From Chloroflexota bacterium (GTDB lineage: Bacteria; Chloroflexota; UBA6077; CF-72), in assembly GCA_051006215.1 (NCBI GenBank), contig JBPCIO010000151.1, forward strand, positions 1 to 60,204: DNA of 60,204 bases, given 5' to 3'. Every line of letters begins with the position of its first letter. Position 1 is the stretch's first letter. Positions 22,691 through 31,810 of the stretch are shown piece by piece. The translations under genes and the position numbers were made by a program. The notes beneath the pieces were generated by a model. The model made no database searches and was not told the DNA's origin. It saw only the letters and a list, made by a program, of their open reading frames with translations.

Positions 22691-25675
22691 CTACAACGGC
22701 CGCAGCTCTGCCTGGCGATCGGCGGCCGCCGTGCCGCTGTCTGGCGCCGCAAGGTTGTCCGGTATCGGTTGAGGAGTAACGTCGTCGACGAGTCGCCGCA
22801 GCAACGGGGTCTGGATACGCCAGTCTGGCAGCACCTCCAAACCTCGCACGGGTGGATTGGTCGCGTCGAAGTACACCAGCGCCCGAAGCTTGGGGAAAGC
22901 CGGCAGCGCATGCGCTGCCTCGGCCAGCCAGGCGGCCTGGCGCTCGGGCGTGCCGCTCACGCCCAACTCGGCGACCAGCAGTAGCTTACCAAACTGCTCC
23001 AATCGGTCATAGCGTGGTCGCAGGAGATCGGCGAACGACTGGGTTGGCAGACCGAATCCCCAATCCCACGCCTCGTCCTCGAGGACGGTCATGCCGACGT
23101 AGTCGACCACGTCACCACCCGGGTAGTACGCCTCAGCTCCCGCATTGCCAGCCGGCGACCACACGAAGCGGGCGTTGCTCGCCCCCTCCTCACGGAAAAT
23201 GCCGACGACGCGTCGGAACGCGAGGCGGTACAGGTCCGGCTGGTTAGCCGCCCATGGATACAGGCCGCTGATCTCCATCTCGTGACCCCAACGAACAAGC
23301 ACGACCTGAGGCGAGTCGTCGCGCACGATTTGCGCCATTCGGCGCACCTGGCTGTCCAGGTCGCCAGCCGCGATGCGATCAAGGACCGGGTCTTGCATGC
23401 CGCGCGCAGGGTACGGCTCGATGGTAACCATGGGCAGCCGACGATTACGCGCCCGAGTCAGCGCCGCCGCGAGCAGGTCCGGACGGTCCTGGCGAGTGTA
23501 CGAATGCTCGATGCTGAGCGACTCAAGATTCGAATCCCCGCTCGGGTCATACGCACCAATATTCAGCCTGCCCTCGGACAGAGCGACAGGTCGGACCGGT
23601 TGCGGCTGGACGAGGTGACCGGACTCTACTAAGCCTCTTTGCAGGAGCTCGGGAATCGGGATGTTCAGTCCGCCAATGGGGACGCTGCTGACAGGCAGCT
23701 GCCCGAGATCGACGCTAGCCGTGGCCGCCCCTCCGTCCGCGATTGGGGGAATGGTGGCTGCCTGGGGGCTGGCGGCGCTAAACCGCTCAGCCACCATCGG
23801 CACAATGGCTGCGACGGTGGCATCAGCACGGAGCATCACCGCAACCCCCACCGAGACTCCGGCCAGGCCGAGGACTGGCACCACGCGCAGGGCGGTTGAA
23901 GCCCACGCACGCGCTCGACCGCTCGAATGCCGCAGGCTTTCACGCAGGTGCAACGCTGTGACCGCCACGCTGACCAGGGTGTAGAGGAGTCCGTTCAGCA
24001 GCACGAAGTAGTAGTAGCCGCGGGCGTCGCCCGGATTGCCGGCGGCGATAGCGGCGGCGGCTTGCACGAGCGCCATCACGCAGTACGGCACGACCACGCT
24101 GAGCGGCAGCGATTGCGCCCCATCCATGCCCTTAGGCGTGACTTTGAACGTGAATTCCTTGTGCAGCAGCCAGCCGATGAACGCCTGGCAAACACCCAGG
24201 AGCACCCACGGCCAGCGTACGAGCTGGAACAGCACGGCCTCCCAGCTCATCAGCTTGCTTTCGGCTGGGCGGAACCAGCCCTGACGGTGGATCCAGTACA
24301 CCGGCGCGATGGTGCATAGCGTCAACACCGTGGAATGAATCAGGAATTCAGCCAGGTCGACATCCACCCACGGCGTCCCGATCAACAGGGCGACGGGTGG
24401 CACCAGAAAGGCCACCAGCAGGTGGGCGGCGAAGAGCGGGTACCACAGCTGCGCGAAGCCGAATTCGACCTTGCCACGCAGATTCAAGTCCCGCCAGTGC
24501 CCGGGTGTGCAGGCAAGCAGGACTTTGGCCAGACTCCGGCTCCATTGAAACTCCTGGGTGATGCAGTCAGCCAGGCTGGATGGGCCGTCGCCGTGGGCGA
24601 TCGCGTCCAGTGCGAACGCACCGCGCCAACCAGCGGCGTTCATCATCAGGCTCGTGGTGTGGTCCTCCGCCAACTCGGGGCCGAGGCCGCCGATCTGCAT
24701 CAGGGCAGTCGTTCGGACGGCGTAGTGGCTGCCGATGCACAGGGGCGCGTAGCCGTTGCTGTAGCCAGCCTGAAGCGATCCGTGCAGTGATGCTTCGGCG
24801 TAGAGCCGCGCGCGCGCAGACCAGGACTCGCCAGCGTTCGCGTCGCAGATGCTCGGCGCCGCCACGTAGCCCACCCGCGCATCAGTAAAGGGCCGCAGCA
24901 TCTCGATCAGATAGTTCGGCGTGGGCACATGATCCGCGTCGAGCTGCACGACGAAGTCGTAGTTGGCGTAGCCGTCCCTGGCCTCATAGAAATAGCGCAG
25001 GTTGCCTTCCTTGCAACGCTCGCGGCCGGGCCAGGCCGGGTTGTTGTACTCCGCCACGCCCTTACGCGAAGAGAGCTGAACCCCATGCGCAGCGCACCAG
25101 CGCACTGTCTCCTCGTTCGGGTCTTCGTCCGCCAGCCACACGTCGAACGTGCGCAAGGTATCGGTGGAACGTCTTCGAAACACCAGAAAGAAGTCGCGTG
25201 GCTCGGGAAAACTTTGCGCGAGCATCGCTTCCAGCGTGCGTCGGACCATAGGCCACGGCTCAGAGGGTGCCTTGGTGACGATCATCGCCACCCGGCCGTC
25301 GGGCAGGGCCACCGCGGTATTCGGCTGTTTCATCCTGTCGACAAAGAAAAAGCACCATGCCGGCAGACACGTTGTCCACAGGAGGAGAGCGCTGTTCAAC
25401 AGCATGCCTATCCACGTGACGACGTGCTCTGCCTGCAACCACCAGCTCCAAAACGAGACCAGCGCCAGGAGCCACACTGCTACCGCGCATCGGAACGCCA
25501 GCCGCTGCCGGCTCGACATGACCGGCACGAAGTCCGGTTCACTCACCACCGTCTTCAGGTTGACCGCAGTAGGCGGGGCTCGCCGTTCGCGGGGTGGCAT
25601 TGGCCCGAGCGGCGGCGGCGCGGTGTCAGCCGCGCGTCGGAGTTGTCTCGGCCGACTCTGCATACGGGTGAGCAT
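22691..25675 (-). CDS. Fusion protein: processive family-2 glycosyltransferase (cellulose/chitin/hyaluronan-synthase-like) + multi-TM region + C-terminal GH26-like glycoside hydrolase domain
   Basis: GT2 motifs VVQLDADHV, LAEDH, QEFQW. Eight or more hydrophobic helices. C-terminal WGHEMEISG and LLVAELGVSG resemble GH26 acid/base and nucleophile motifs. Confidence 0.7.
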   Translation of the reverse strand: MLTRMQSRPRQLRRAADTAPPPLGPMPPRERRAPPTAVNLKTVVSEPDFVPVMSSRQRLAFRCAVAVWLLALVSFWSWWLQAEHVVTWIGMLLNSALLLWTTCLPAWCFFFVDRMKQPNTAVALPDGRVAMIVTKAPSEPWPMVRRTLEAMLAQSFPEPRDFFLVFRRRSTDTLRTFDVWLADEDPNEETVRWCAAHGVQLSSRKGVAEYNNPAWPGRERCKEGNLRYFYEARDGYANYDFVVQLDADHVPTPNYLIEMLRPFTDARVGYVAAPSICDANAGESWSARARLYAEASLHGSLQAGYSNGYAPLCIGSHYAVRTTALMQIGGLGPELAEDHTTSLMMNAAGWRGAFALDAIAHGDGPSSLADCITQEFQWSRSLAKVLLACTPGHWRDLNLRGKVEFGFAQLWYPLFAAHLLVAFLVPPVALLIGTPWVDVDLAEFLIHSTVLTLCTIAPVYWIHRQGWFRPAESKLMSWEAVLFQLVRWPWVLLGVCQAFIGWLLHKEFTFKVTPKGMDGAQSLPLSVVVPYCVMALVQAAAAIAAGNPGDARGYYYFVLLNGLLYTLVSVAVTALHLRESLRHSSGRARAWASTALRVVPVLGLAGVSVGVAVMLRADATVAAIVPMVAERFSAASPQAATIPPIADGGAATASVDLGQLPVSSVPIGGLNIPIPELLQRGLVESGHLVQPQPVRPVALSEGRLNIGAYDPSGDSNLESLSIEHSYTRQDRPDLLAAALTRARNRRLPMVTIEPYPARGMQDPVLDRIAAGDLDSQVRRMAQIVRDDSPQVVLVRWGHEMEISGLYPWAANQPDLYRLAFRRVVGIFREEGASNARFVWSPAGNAGAEAYYPGGDVVDYVGMTVLEDEAWDWGFGLPTQSFADLLRPRYDRLEQFGKLLLVAELGVSGTPERQAAWLAEAAHALPAFPKLRALVYFDATNPPVRGLEVLPDWRIQTPLLRRLVDDVTPQPIPDNLAAPDSGTAAADRQAELRPL

Positions 25676-25743
25676 CGGCCAAGGCCGGCGTCGTCAACAG
25701 GGCCGGCCCGTCCGCAGTCGAGCGGCTCAGCTTCGGGTTGCGC

Positions 25744-26772
25744 CTACGCCGATTGCCGAAACGCGTCGAGCGCACTCTGCGATGTGCCCGCGCGCCAATC
25801 CGCCTCGCCGCGGGCGGTCGTGTCAGCCTGAAACCAGACAATCGCCCGCACGTTCGGAAACGCGGCCGGCAGGTCGCGGAACAGCTCCTGGATCCAGTCC
25901 GCTTTGGAGCCACCCTGCTCGACGCTCGACGTCTCGGCGATCATGATGGGTTTGGCCGGACTCAGCGCGGTCAGTGAAGCGTAGGACCGGCCGAAGACCT
26001 GCTGGGGCGACAGCCAGCCACCCCAGCTCAACTGTGTCCCGCCGTTGTAGCCATCCACGCCCAGCCAGTCGACATACCCATCCCCGGGGTAGAGCTCACT
26101 CAAAGCGACCTGCGTGTTCTCCGTGTTGGGCGACCAAACCCACACCACATTGCTGGCCCCGATGTGGGCGAAGCGGTCGTGCACGTACCGCCAGGCAGCG
26201 ACTTCGTCGGCGGCTGTGTTGTCACTTTGCCCATACGCCCACGCGTAGGCCGGGTTATTCATCTCATGAAACGGACGCAGGTAGACGGGCTTGCCGAATG
26301 CCTTCAGGCCGCGAGCCCATTCGTCTACATACGTATCGAACTGGCCGCCCACGATCGTGCGTACCCGCGACGGGTCGAGCCCACCCGCGCTAGCCACTGC
26401 TCCCGTGGCCTCCCAGGTGATCAAGGGCAGGGCGCCGTGGGCAGTCACTTGGCGCAACGCTTCCACGTCCAGCGCTGGCTGATACCACGGGTCCTGGCTC
26501 GCACCCCACGGCTGATACCAGTGGACAATACCGGCTGGCGCGCCAGTCTGGACTTCGAAGGCGGAAAGGAGTGCAGCATTCTGGGCGCCGCCTGGGACAT
26601 ACACTCCGTGCGTCAGCGGCGCACGGCTCAACTCAGCCGCGACGCTGAGGCCAGGTGAGAGCATCGTGACGGCTACTGACAGCGCTACCGCCCAGACGCA
26701 TGCGCGGCTGGAAGAAAAGCGGCGCTGCCAGGCCTGGGCCGTGAGCAGGGTAGAACTGAGACGGCGCCGCAT
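25744..26772 (-). CDS. Secreted GH26-family glycoside hydrolase (beta-mannanase-like)
   Basis: Signal-like N-terminus. LRPFHEMNN, WVWSPN, YPGDGYVDWLGVDGYN, IMIAETS. Confidence 0.7.
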   Translation of the reverse strand: MRRRLSSTLLTAQAWQRRFSSSRACVWAVALSVAVTMLSPGLSVAAELSRAPLTHGVYVPGGAQNAALLSAFEVQTGAPAGIVHWYQPWGASQDPWYQPALDVEALRQVTAHGALPLITWEATGAVASAGGLDPSRVRTIVGGQFDTYVDEWARGLKAFGKPVYLRPFHEMNNPAYAWAYGQSDNTAADEVAAWRYVHDRFAHIGASNVVWVWSPNTENTQVALSELYPGDGYVDWLGVDGYNGGTQLSWGGWLSPQQVFGRSYASLTALSPAKPIMIAETSSVEQGGSKADWIQELFRDLPAAFPNVRAIVWFQADTTARGEADWRAGTSQSALDAFRQSA

Positions 26773-26874
26773 TCCGGCGTCATCTTATGCGCCCGTTCTG
26801 AATGCTACGCTGCCTGCACGTACTTGCCTCGGCAGTCCTTCGTACCTTGCGCAGCGTGCCATCGTCAACCGAGC

Positions 26875-28272
26875 CTACGCGGCTCGTCGCACGCTGCTAA
26901 CCGGAGGCCTGCTTGTCCGCACGGGACGACGAGCAGGCGACACCAGCGAAGACCGGTGAGCAGCGCGCCCGATGCCGTGATACCGGAAACCCAGCCCGAC
27001 CACCTGCAGCGGATCGTATAAATTGCGTCCGTCGATCAGAACCGGCTGGCGCATCGTATCCCGCAGGCGTGCCAGATCGAGGCGACGAAACTCGTCCCAC
27101 TGCGTGATCAGCAGCACTGCGTCTGCGCCCACCCCCACGGCATATGCGTCTGGGCACAGGTCAACCCCGGGCAGAACAGCGCGCGCGGTGTTCATGGCTT
27201 GCGGGTCGTAGGCTCTGACACGTGCGCCTTTGTTCTGCAGGAGTCGAACGATTTCTAGAGCCGGTGACTCGCGCAGATCGTCGGTATTGGGCTTGAACGC
27301 GAGCCCCAGAACGCCTATCTGGCAACCCTCCAGGCCCTCGCCGAGTTCTGCATGCACCTTCTGAACGATCAGATGACGCATGTCGGTGTTGATATCCATC
27401 ACCGCGCGCAACAGCTGGGGGTGAGCGCCGGCCATGCTGGCCATGTGCGCAAGCGCCTTGACATCCTTGGGGAAGCAGGAGCCACCGTAGCCGATACCTG
27501 CCTCTAGGAACTCGGGGCTGATGCGGCGGTCCAGCCCCATGCCGTGGGCCACCTGCTTGACGTCGGCGCCGAGCCGCTCGCAGACCGTGGCGATCTCGTT
27601 GATAAAGCTGATCTTTGTAGCCAGAAAGGCATTTGAGGCGTACTTGATCATCTCGGCCGTGCGAATGTCTGTCTGGATGATCGTGGGTTCCGGGCTGAGG
27701 TCGCGATACAGGTCGGCAACCGTCTCAGTCGCAAGGGCATCGGCGCCTCCCAGCACGACCCGATCCGGGTGACGGAAGTCTGATAGTGCCGAGCCCTCCC
27801 GCAGGAATTCTGGGTTACTGACAACCTGGAAGCGTGTGTTCGAAGACCCGGCCGACTTCTGCAGCATGGGCAGCATCCAATCGCCGGTGCCGACGGGCAT
27901 AGTGCTCTTGTTGACCACGATCAGATTCGCACCAGCCGGGGTGTGCGCACCAATACTCTCGGCGGCAGCACGAGCCTGAGCCATGTCCGCCTGGCCCTCG
28001 CTACCTGAAGGAGTGCCGACGCAGATGAACGCGAACTCAGCCTTTGCAAGGCCGTCCTGGTAGTTCAGCGTGAAGCGGAGGCGCTGCGCGCGTATGTTGC
28101 GCAGGACGATCTCTTCCAGCCCAGGTTCGAAAATCGACGCCTGGCCCCGATTCAGTTGCTCCACCTTGGCCGGATCGATCTCGATCCCAACCACCTGATT
28201 GCCCAACTCCGCCAAACACGCCGCCGTCACGAGGCCGACGTAATTTGTTCCGATGACCGCAATGTTGCGCAT
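26875..28272 (-). CDS. ugd: UDP-glucose 6-dehydrogenase
   Basis: MRNIAVIGTNYVGLV Rossmann motif, GGSCFPKD catalytic Cys motif. GGAGAG RBS before ATG 28272 (ORF track start is 28284). Confidence 0.9.
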   Translation of the reverse strand: MRNIAVIGTNYVGLVTAACLAELGNQVVGIEIDPAKVEQLNRGQASIFEPGLEEIVLRNIRAQRLRFTLNYQDGLAKAEFAFICVGTPSGSEGQADMAQARAAAESIGAHTPAGANLIVVNKSTMPVGTGDWMLPMLQKSAGSSNTRFQVVSNPEFLREGSALSDFRHPDRVVLGGADALATETVADLYRDLSPEPTIIQTDIRTAEMIKYASNAFLATKISFINEIATVCERLGADVKQVAHGMGLDRRISPEFLEAGIGYGGSCFPKDVKALAHMASMAGAHPQLLRAVMDINTDMRHLIVQKVHAELGEGLEGCQIGVLGLAFKPNTDDLRESPALEIVRLLQNKGARVRAYDPQAMNTARAVLPGVDLCPDAYAVGVGADAVLLITQWDEFRRLDLARLRDTMRQPVLIDGRNLYDPLQVVGLGFRYHGIGRAAHRSSLVSPARRPVRTSRPPVSSVRRAA

Positions 28273-28420
28273 TATGCTCTCCATGGTGAGTGGTGGTGTC
28301 CGCTAACCGATTGGCGTCAGGCCGGCCGATAGGTGTTCGCACTCTGACCTAATATTCGGCTCATCGCATGCCAAGCTGAAGGCGCAGCGTTCGCTCGGGT
28401 GAGGAGATGGGACAACTAAC

Positions 28421-29554
28421 ATGGCGACTTTTGTCATCGCCGATGACCCTGCCGACGCCCGCCACGCGCTCGAGCTCACGCTCCGCGAACGGGGACACGC
28501 GGTGCACTTCGCCGACGATGGAGCAGCGGCGCTCGCGCTGGCGCTCAAAATCGAACCGGATCTGGTCGTCCTCGACACGACGTCGCCACGCGTCCAGGCA
28601 CTGCAGGTAGCGCAGGAGCTGCGATCCTCCGCCACTGGAGCCCGAGTACCGATCCTGTTCCTCACCCCGGACACTGACATCCCCAACGCGCGAGCGAATT
28701 TCGCGGCAAGAGCAGACGACGCGCTTGCCAAACCCTTCACCCCAACCGACTTGGCTGCGCGCGCAGAGGCGCTTCTCGAGCGTGGTTTGGGTCACTTTCT
28801 GGCAGTAGCGGGACCTAAAGGTGGGTGCGGCCGTACAACCGTCTCGGTAAATGTGGCTCTGGCCATCGCCCTCGCCAGACGCGATGTGGCCGAAGCCTAC
28901 CTCGGTGGTGCGACTCTCCTTGTCGATGGCCACTTTGGACAGGGTGACCTCGACGTCCACCTGGATGTGCGTTCAAACCGCAGTATGCTCGATCTGGTCG
29001 AGCACGCCGGCCGGCTCGATGCCCACGTGGTCGAGCAGGCGCTGGTCACTCACCGCTCGGGCTTGCGCGTGCTGCGTCGGCCACCTGGTGCTAGCGAGTC
29101 ACGTTCGTTTCCGCCAGCGTTATGGCTGGAGCTCATGCTCGTCGCCCCCACCATCGCCGAAACCGTCGTGGTTGACCTCGGACCTGGCTACGATGATCAG
29201 CGGACGCTGGCAACTCTGCGCTCGGCTTCGGTCGTATTGCTCGTAGTCACGCCTGAGATCGGGAGCGTACGCAACGCTCGAGAGTTGATGGATGCCGCGG
29301 CTCGCCTCCGACTGGACAAGAGCCGTTTGCAGCCGGTGCTGAATCGCGCCCAAGGCGACGCCCACCTTGACGCACGCGCCGTCGCGACGGGGTTGGGAGT
29401 CGAGTTGGCGAGCCTGATCGTCTTACCCGACGCCGGGCCGAGCGTCGTCGGCCAGGTCAACCGCGGCACCCCGATTGTCGAAAACCGTCAATCAGCATTG
29501 GGACGAGCGCTGGAGCGCATGGCCGGCTCACTGATAGGCACTCCACAGGGCTAG
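28421..29554 (+). CDS. Receiver domain fused to a CpaE/TadZ-like MinD/ParA-family ATPase (atypical Walker A)
   Basis: REC-like N-terminus (VIADDP...VVLD...AKPF). P-loop region AGPKGGCGRTT with Arg where MinD/ParA have the GK[ST] Lys. Confidence 0.65.
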   Translation: MATFVIADDPADARHALELTLRERGHAVHFADDGAAALALALKIEPDLVVLDTTSPRVQALQVAQELRSSATGARVPILFLTPDTDIPNARANFAARADDALAKPFTPTDLAARAEALLERGLGHFLAVAGPKGGCGRTTVSVNVALAIALARRDVAEAYLGGATLLVDGHFGQGDLDVHLDVRSNRSMLDLVEHAGRLDAHVVEQALVTHRSGLRVLRRPPGASESRSFPPALWLELMLVAPTIAETVVVDLGPGYDDQRTLATLRSASVVLLVVTPEIGSVRNARELMDAAARLRLDKSRLQPVLNRAQGDAHLDARAVATGLGVELASLIVLPDAGPSVVGQVNRGTPIVENRQSALGRALERMAGSLIGTPQG

Positions 29555-29573
29555 TTGCCCGAGGTATCAATGC

Positions 29574-30371
29574 ATGCCGGCCGGCGTGTCCGACCCGTAT
29601 CCGCTCCGCACGGCTGCTGCCGAGAGAAACGGAGCCGGTCGGCGCCTTGCGTACACTGGCGGAATCGTGGTGCGTGCGCTGGCGCTGTTCGTAACGCTCC
29701 TGCTTATGGCCGGTACGGTCCAGGCTGGGCAGCCCAGCGTGCCGGTCTCGGAGGCCATTGTCGTGCGGGGCAATCCCAACGTGGCCAACATTGCCCTGGT
29801 CTTCAATGTTGGCGCTGGCGCCGAGCCGGGTACAGTCATCCTGGATACGCTGGCTGAGCACCAGCAGCGCGCCACATTCTTTGTCATGGGCTGGTGGGCC
29901 GAACGACACCCCGACCTGTTGCGCCAAATCGTAGACGGAGGTCACGAGATCGCCAGCCACGGGCACAGCATCTTCGATTTGACGCAGGCGTCCGACGCTC
30001 AGGTACGTGCCGATCTCGAACATGCCGACGCCGCGATCAGCGCCGTTTCCGGACGCACGACCCGACCGTTGTGGAGTCCGTCCGCCGGGTACCAGGATGC
30101 GCGGGTGCGGGCGGTCGCCGCCAGCCTCGGGTATCGTCCGATCCTGTGGACCGTCGACAGCGCGGACTGGACAACCGACGCTACGGCTGAGAGTGTCTTC
30201 AGCCATATCGTCAACGGCGCCAGCAACGGCGCCATCATCGTGCTCCATTTTGACAGCCCGACGACACGCGACACCACCGCTCAAGTGCTGCCGGCGGCAA
30301 TCGATACACTCCGCGCGGACGGCTACCGCCTGGTAACCATCACCGAGCTGTTGACCGCGAGCGGCGATTAG
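29574..30371 (+). CDS. Polysaccharide deacetylase (CE4/NodB-fold) family protein, divergent catalytic motifs, N-terminal TM anchor
   Basis: NIALVFNVGAG...ATFFVMGWW...GHEIASHGHS aligns with the NodB pattern LTFDDG...ATFF...GHEIGNHTxxH. C-terminal ILHF. Confidence 0.65.
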   Translation: MPAGVSDPYPLRTAAAERNGAGRRLAYTGGIVVRALALFVTLLLMAGTVQAGQPSVPVSEAIVVRGNPNVANIALVFNVGAGAEPGTVILDTLAEHQQRATFFVMGWWAERHPDLLRQIVDGGHEIASHGHSIFDLTQASDAQVRADLEHADAAISAVSGRTTRPLWSPSAGYQDARVRAVAASLGYRPILWTVDSADWTTDATAESVFSHIVNGASNGAIIVLHFDSPTTRDTTAQVLPAAIDTLRADGYRLVTITELLTASGD

Positions 30372-30376
30372 GCACC

Positions 30377-30416
30377 AACGAGGTGCCTACCTTTGGAGTC
30401 GGTAGGCACCCTCGTT
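30377..30416. terminator. Hairpin between convergent genes (putative bidirectional terminator, no clear U-tract)
   Basis: AACGAGGTGCCTACC - TTTGGAGTC - GGTAGGCACCCTCGTT (15-bp stem with one bulge). Confidence 0.4.
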
Positions 30417-30435
30417 CGCGCGAAGTTAGCGGAGC

Positions 30436-31290
30436 TTACTTGTCGACGATGTTGAACCCGCGCAGCGACTCGGTCTCCAAGTTGCTAGCACGGTTATGCG
30501 CATACACGTAGAGGTTGGAGTGGGTCGACGCGAAGCGCGTCGGCGCGAACGATACCGACCAGGAACCATCGCTGCCAGGGGTGGTCGTGCCCAGCAGACG
30601 CGCAGAGCTCGCGTCCCGCTCGCCGTTGATCCACACTTCGATGCGGTCGATGTTGCCGGGATCGCTGACCGAGCCGCTGACGGTGTAGTCCGCCTTTGTG
30701 GACACGTTCTGGTTTTCGGTGGGGTTGTTGATAACGACCACCGGCGCGCCACCCGCGGCCGGCGCGGAAGGAGCAGAAGGCGCAGCCGCTGCCGTCCCAC
30801 TACCGCCACCGGTCACGCCGACGCTCTTGAACCACCAGCCCTTGCCGCCCGTGTGCACGTACACGTTCAGTGTCTGGGCGCCGGCAGGCAGTGCTGAACC
30901 CGCGATCGAGGCGCCGAAACCTGAAGCCGACCAGTACGGATTGCCCAGCGCGGTGCCAACATCAGGTCGCGACTGCGCAAAGTTCGCCTTGGCCAACATT
31001 TTTCCGCCGCCATCCATCGTGCCCAACCAGACCTGCACGTCGTCTGCGCCGGCCCAGCCCTGGGCCGCCTTGTCGACAAACCAGCCAGCAACCGTGAACG
31101 AACCATTGCCGGGGACGCTGCTGCCGCCGCCTGGCACGTCGACAAAGCCGGCGTAGGTGTTCTCGAGGATAGCCCCCGGCCCTGGGCTCCAGGCGCTGGC
31201 TGACTGGGCCGATGCTGAAGGAACCGCGGCCACCAGCAACACGGCGACTGTGCTGACTAGCCCGATGAAACTCGAAACTCTCAAACGCAT
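30436..31290 (-). CDS. Secreted protein with a C-terminal Ig-like domain, function unknown
   Basis: ATG 31290 with GAGGGG upstream. Signal peptide MRLRVSSFIGLVSTVAVLLVAAVPSASA, AP/G linker, beta-rich C-terminus. Confidence 0.6.
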   Translation of the reverse strand: MRLRVSSFIGLVSTVAVLLVAAVPSASAQSASAWSPGPGAILENTYAGFVDVPGGGSSVPGNGSFTVAGWFVDKAAQGWAGADDVQVWLGTMDGGGKMLAKANFAQSRPDVGTALGNPYWSASGFGASIAGSALPAGAQTLNVYVHTGGKGWWFKSVGVTGGGSGTAAAAPSAPSAPAAGGAPVVVINNPTENQNVSTKADYTVSGSVSDPGNIDRIEVWINGERDASSARLLGTTTPGSDGSWSVSFAPTRFASTHSNLYVYAHNRASNLETESLRGFNIVDK

Positions 31291-31411
31291 GACAACACCC
31301 CTCTGCATATCTAAGGTGACGAAGTCCCAAGCATACTTCGGCCATGCTGAAGCGGTCCCGTTAAGGGATGGTGTCGGTCGTGCGCGGGTGGTTTTGGTCC
31401 ACAATCGACGT

Positions 31412-31810
31412 ATGGTCTGGGAGACACATCGGATAGCAGCGGTGCACGATACTCTGGCGCCGGACGGATCCGAGATTCGGGCGCTGGTACGGGTCTCGGA
31501 CGGCAGCATGGTCCACTGCACCCTGCCAGCGGGTATGGTGACGCAGGCAGTCCGGCATCGCACGGTCGAGGAGATGTGGTTCTGCACGGCTGGCGCGGGC
31601 CAGGTGTGGCGGAAAGCCGGAGGTGAGCGTCACCTGGAGGAAGTCGTCGACGTCGAGCCGGGGGTAGCCCTCAGCATTCCGGTGGGGGTTGCATTCCAGT
31701 TCCGTGCGACTGGCTTGCGGCCACTGGAGTTCGTAATTGCGACCCTGCCGGCCTGGCCGGGAGAGGATGAGGCAGTGCCGGCGGACGCGCGTTGGGAGTC
31801 GAGCCGGTGA
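31412..31810 (+). CDS. Cupin-domain protein
   Basis: 132 aa. HRTVEEMWFCTAGAGQVW ... PVGVAFQF is a cupin-like two-motif pattern. The stop overlaps the next start (GTGA). Confidence 0.55.
   Translation: MVWETHRIAAVHDTLAPDGSEIRALVRVSDGSMVHCTLPAGMVTQAVRHRTVEEMWFCTAGAGQVWRKAGGERHLEEVVDVEPGVALSIPVGVAFQFRATGLRPLEFVIATLPAWPGEDEAVPADARWESSR

Noticed and set aside
22336-22911. Long N-terminal extension of the PadR ORF (420 aa version)
   Set aside because: ATG 22335 has a strong GGAGGAG RBS and the PadR domain starts after it. The extension is Arg/Pro/Cys-rich and would run over the operator-like palindromes.
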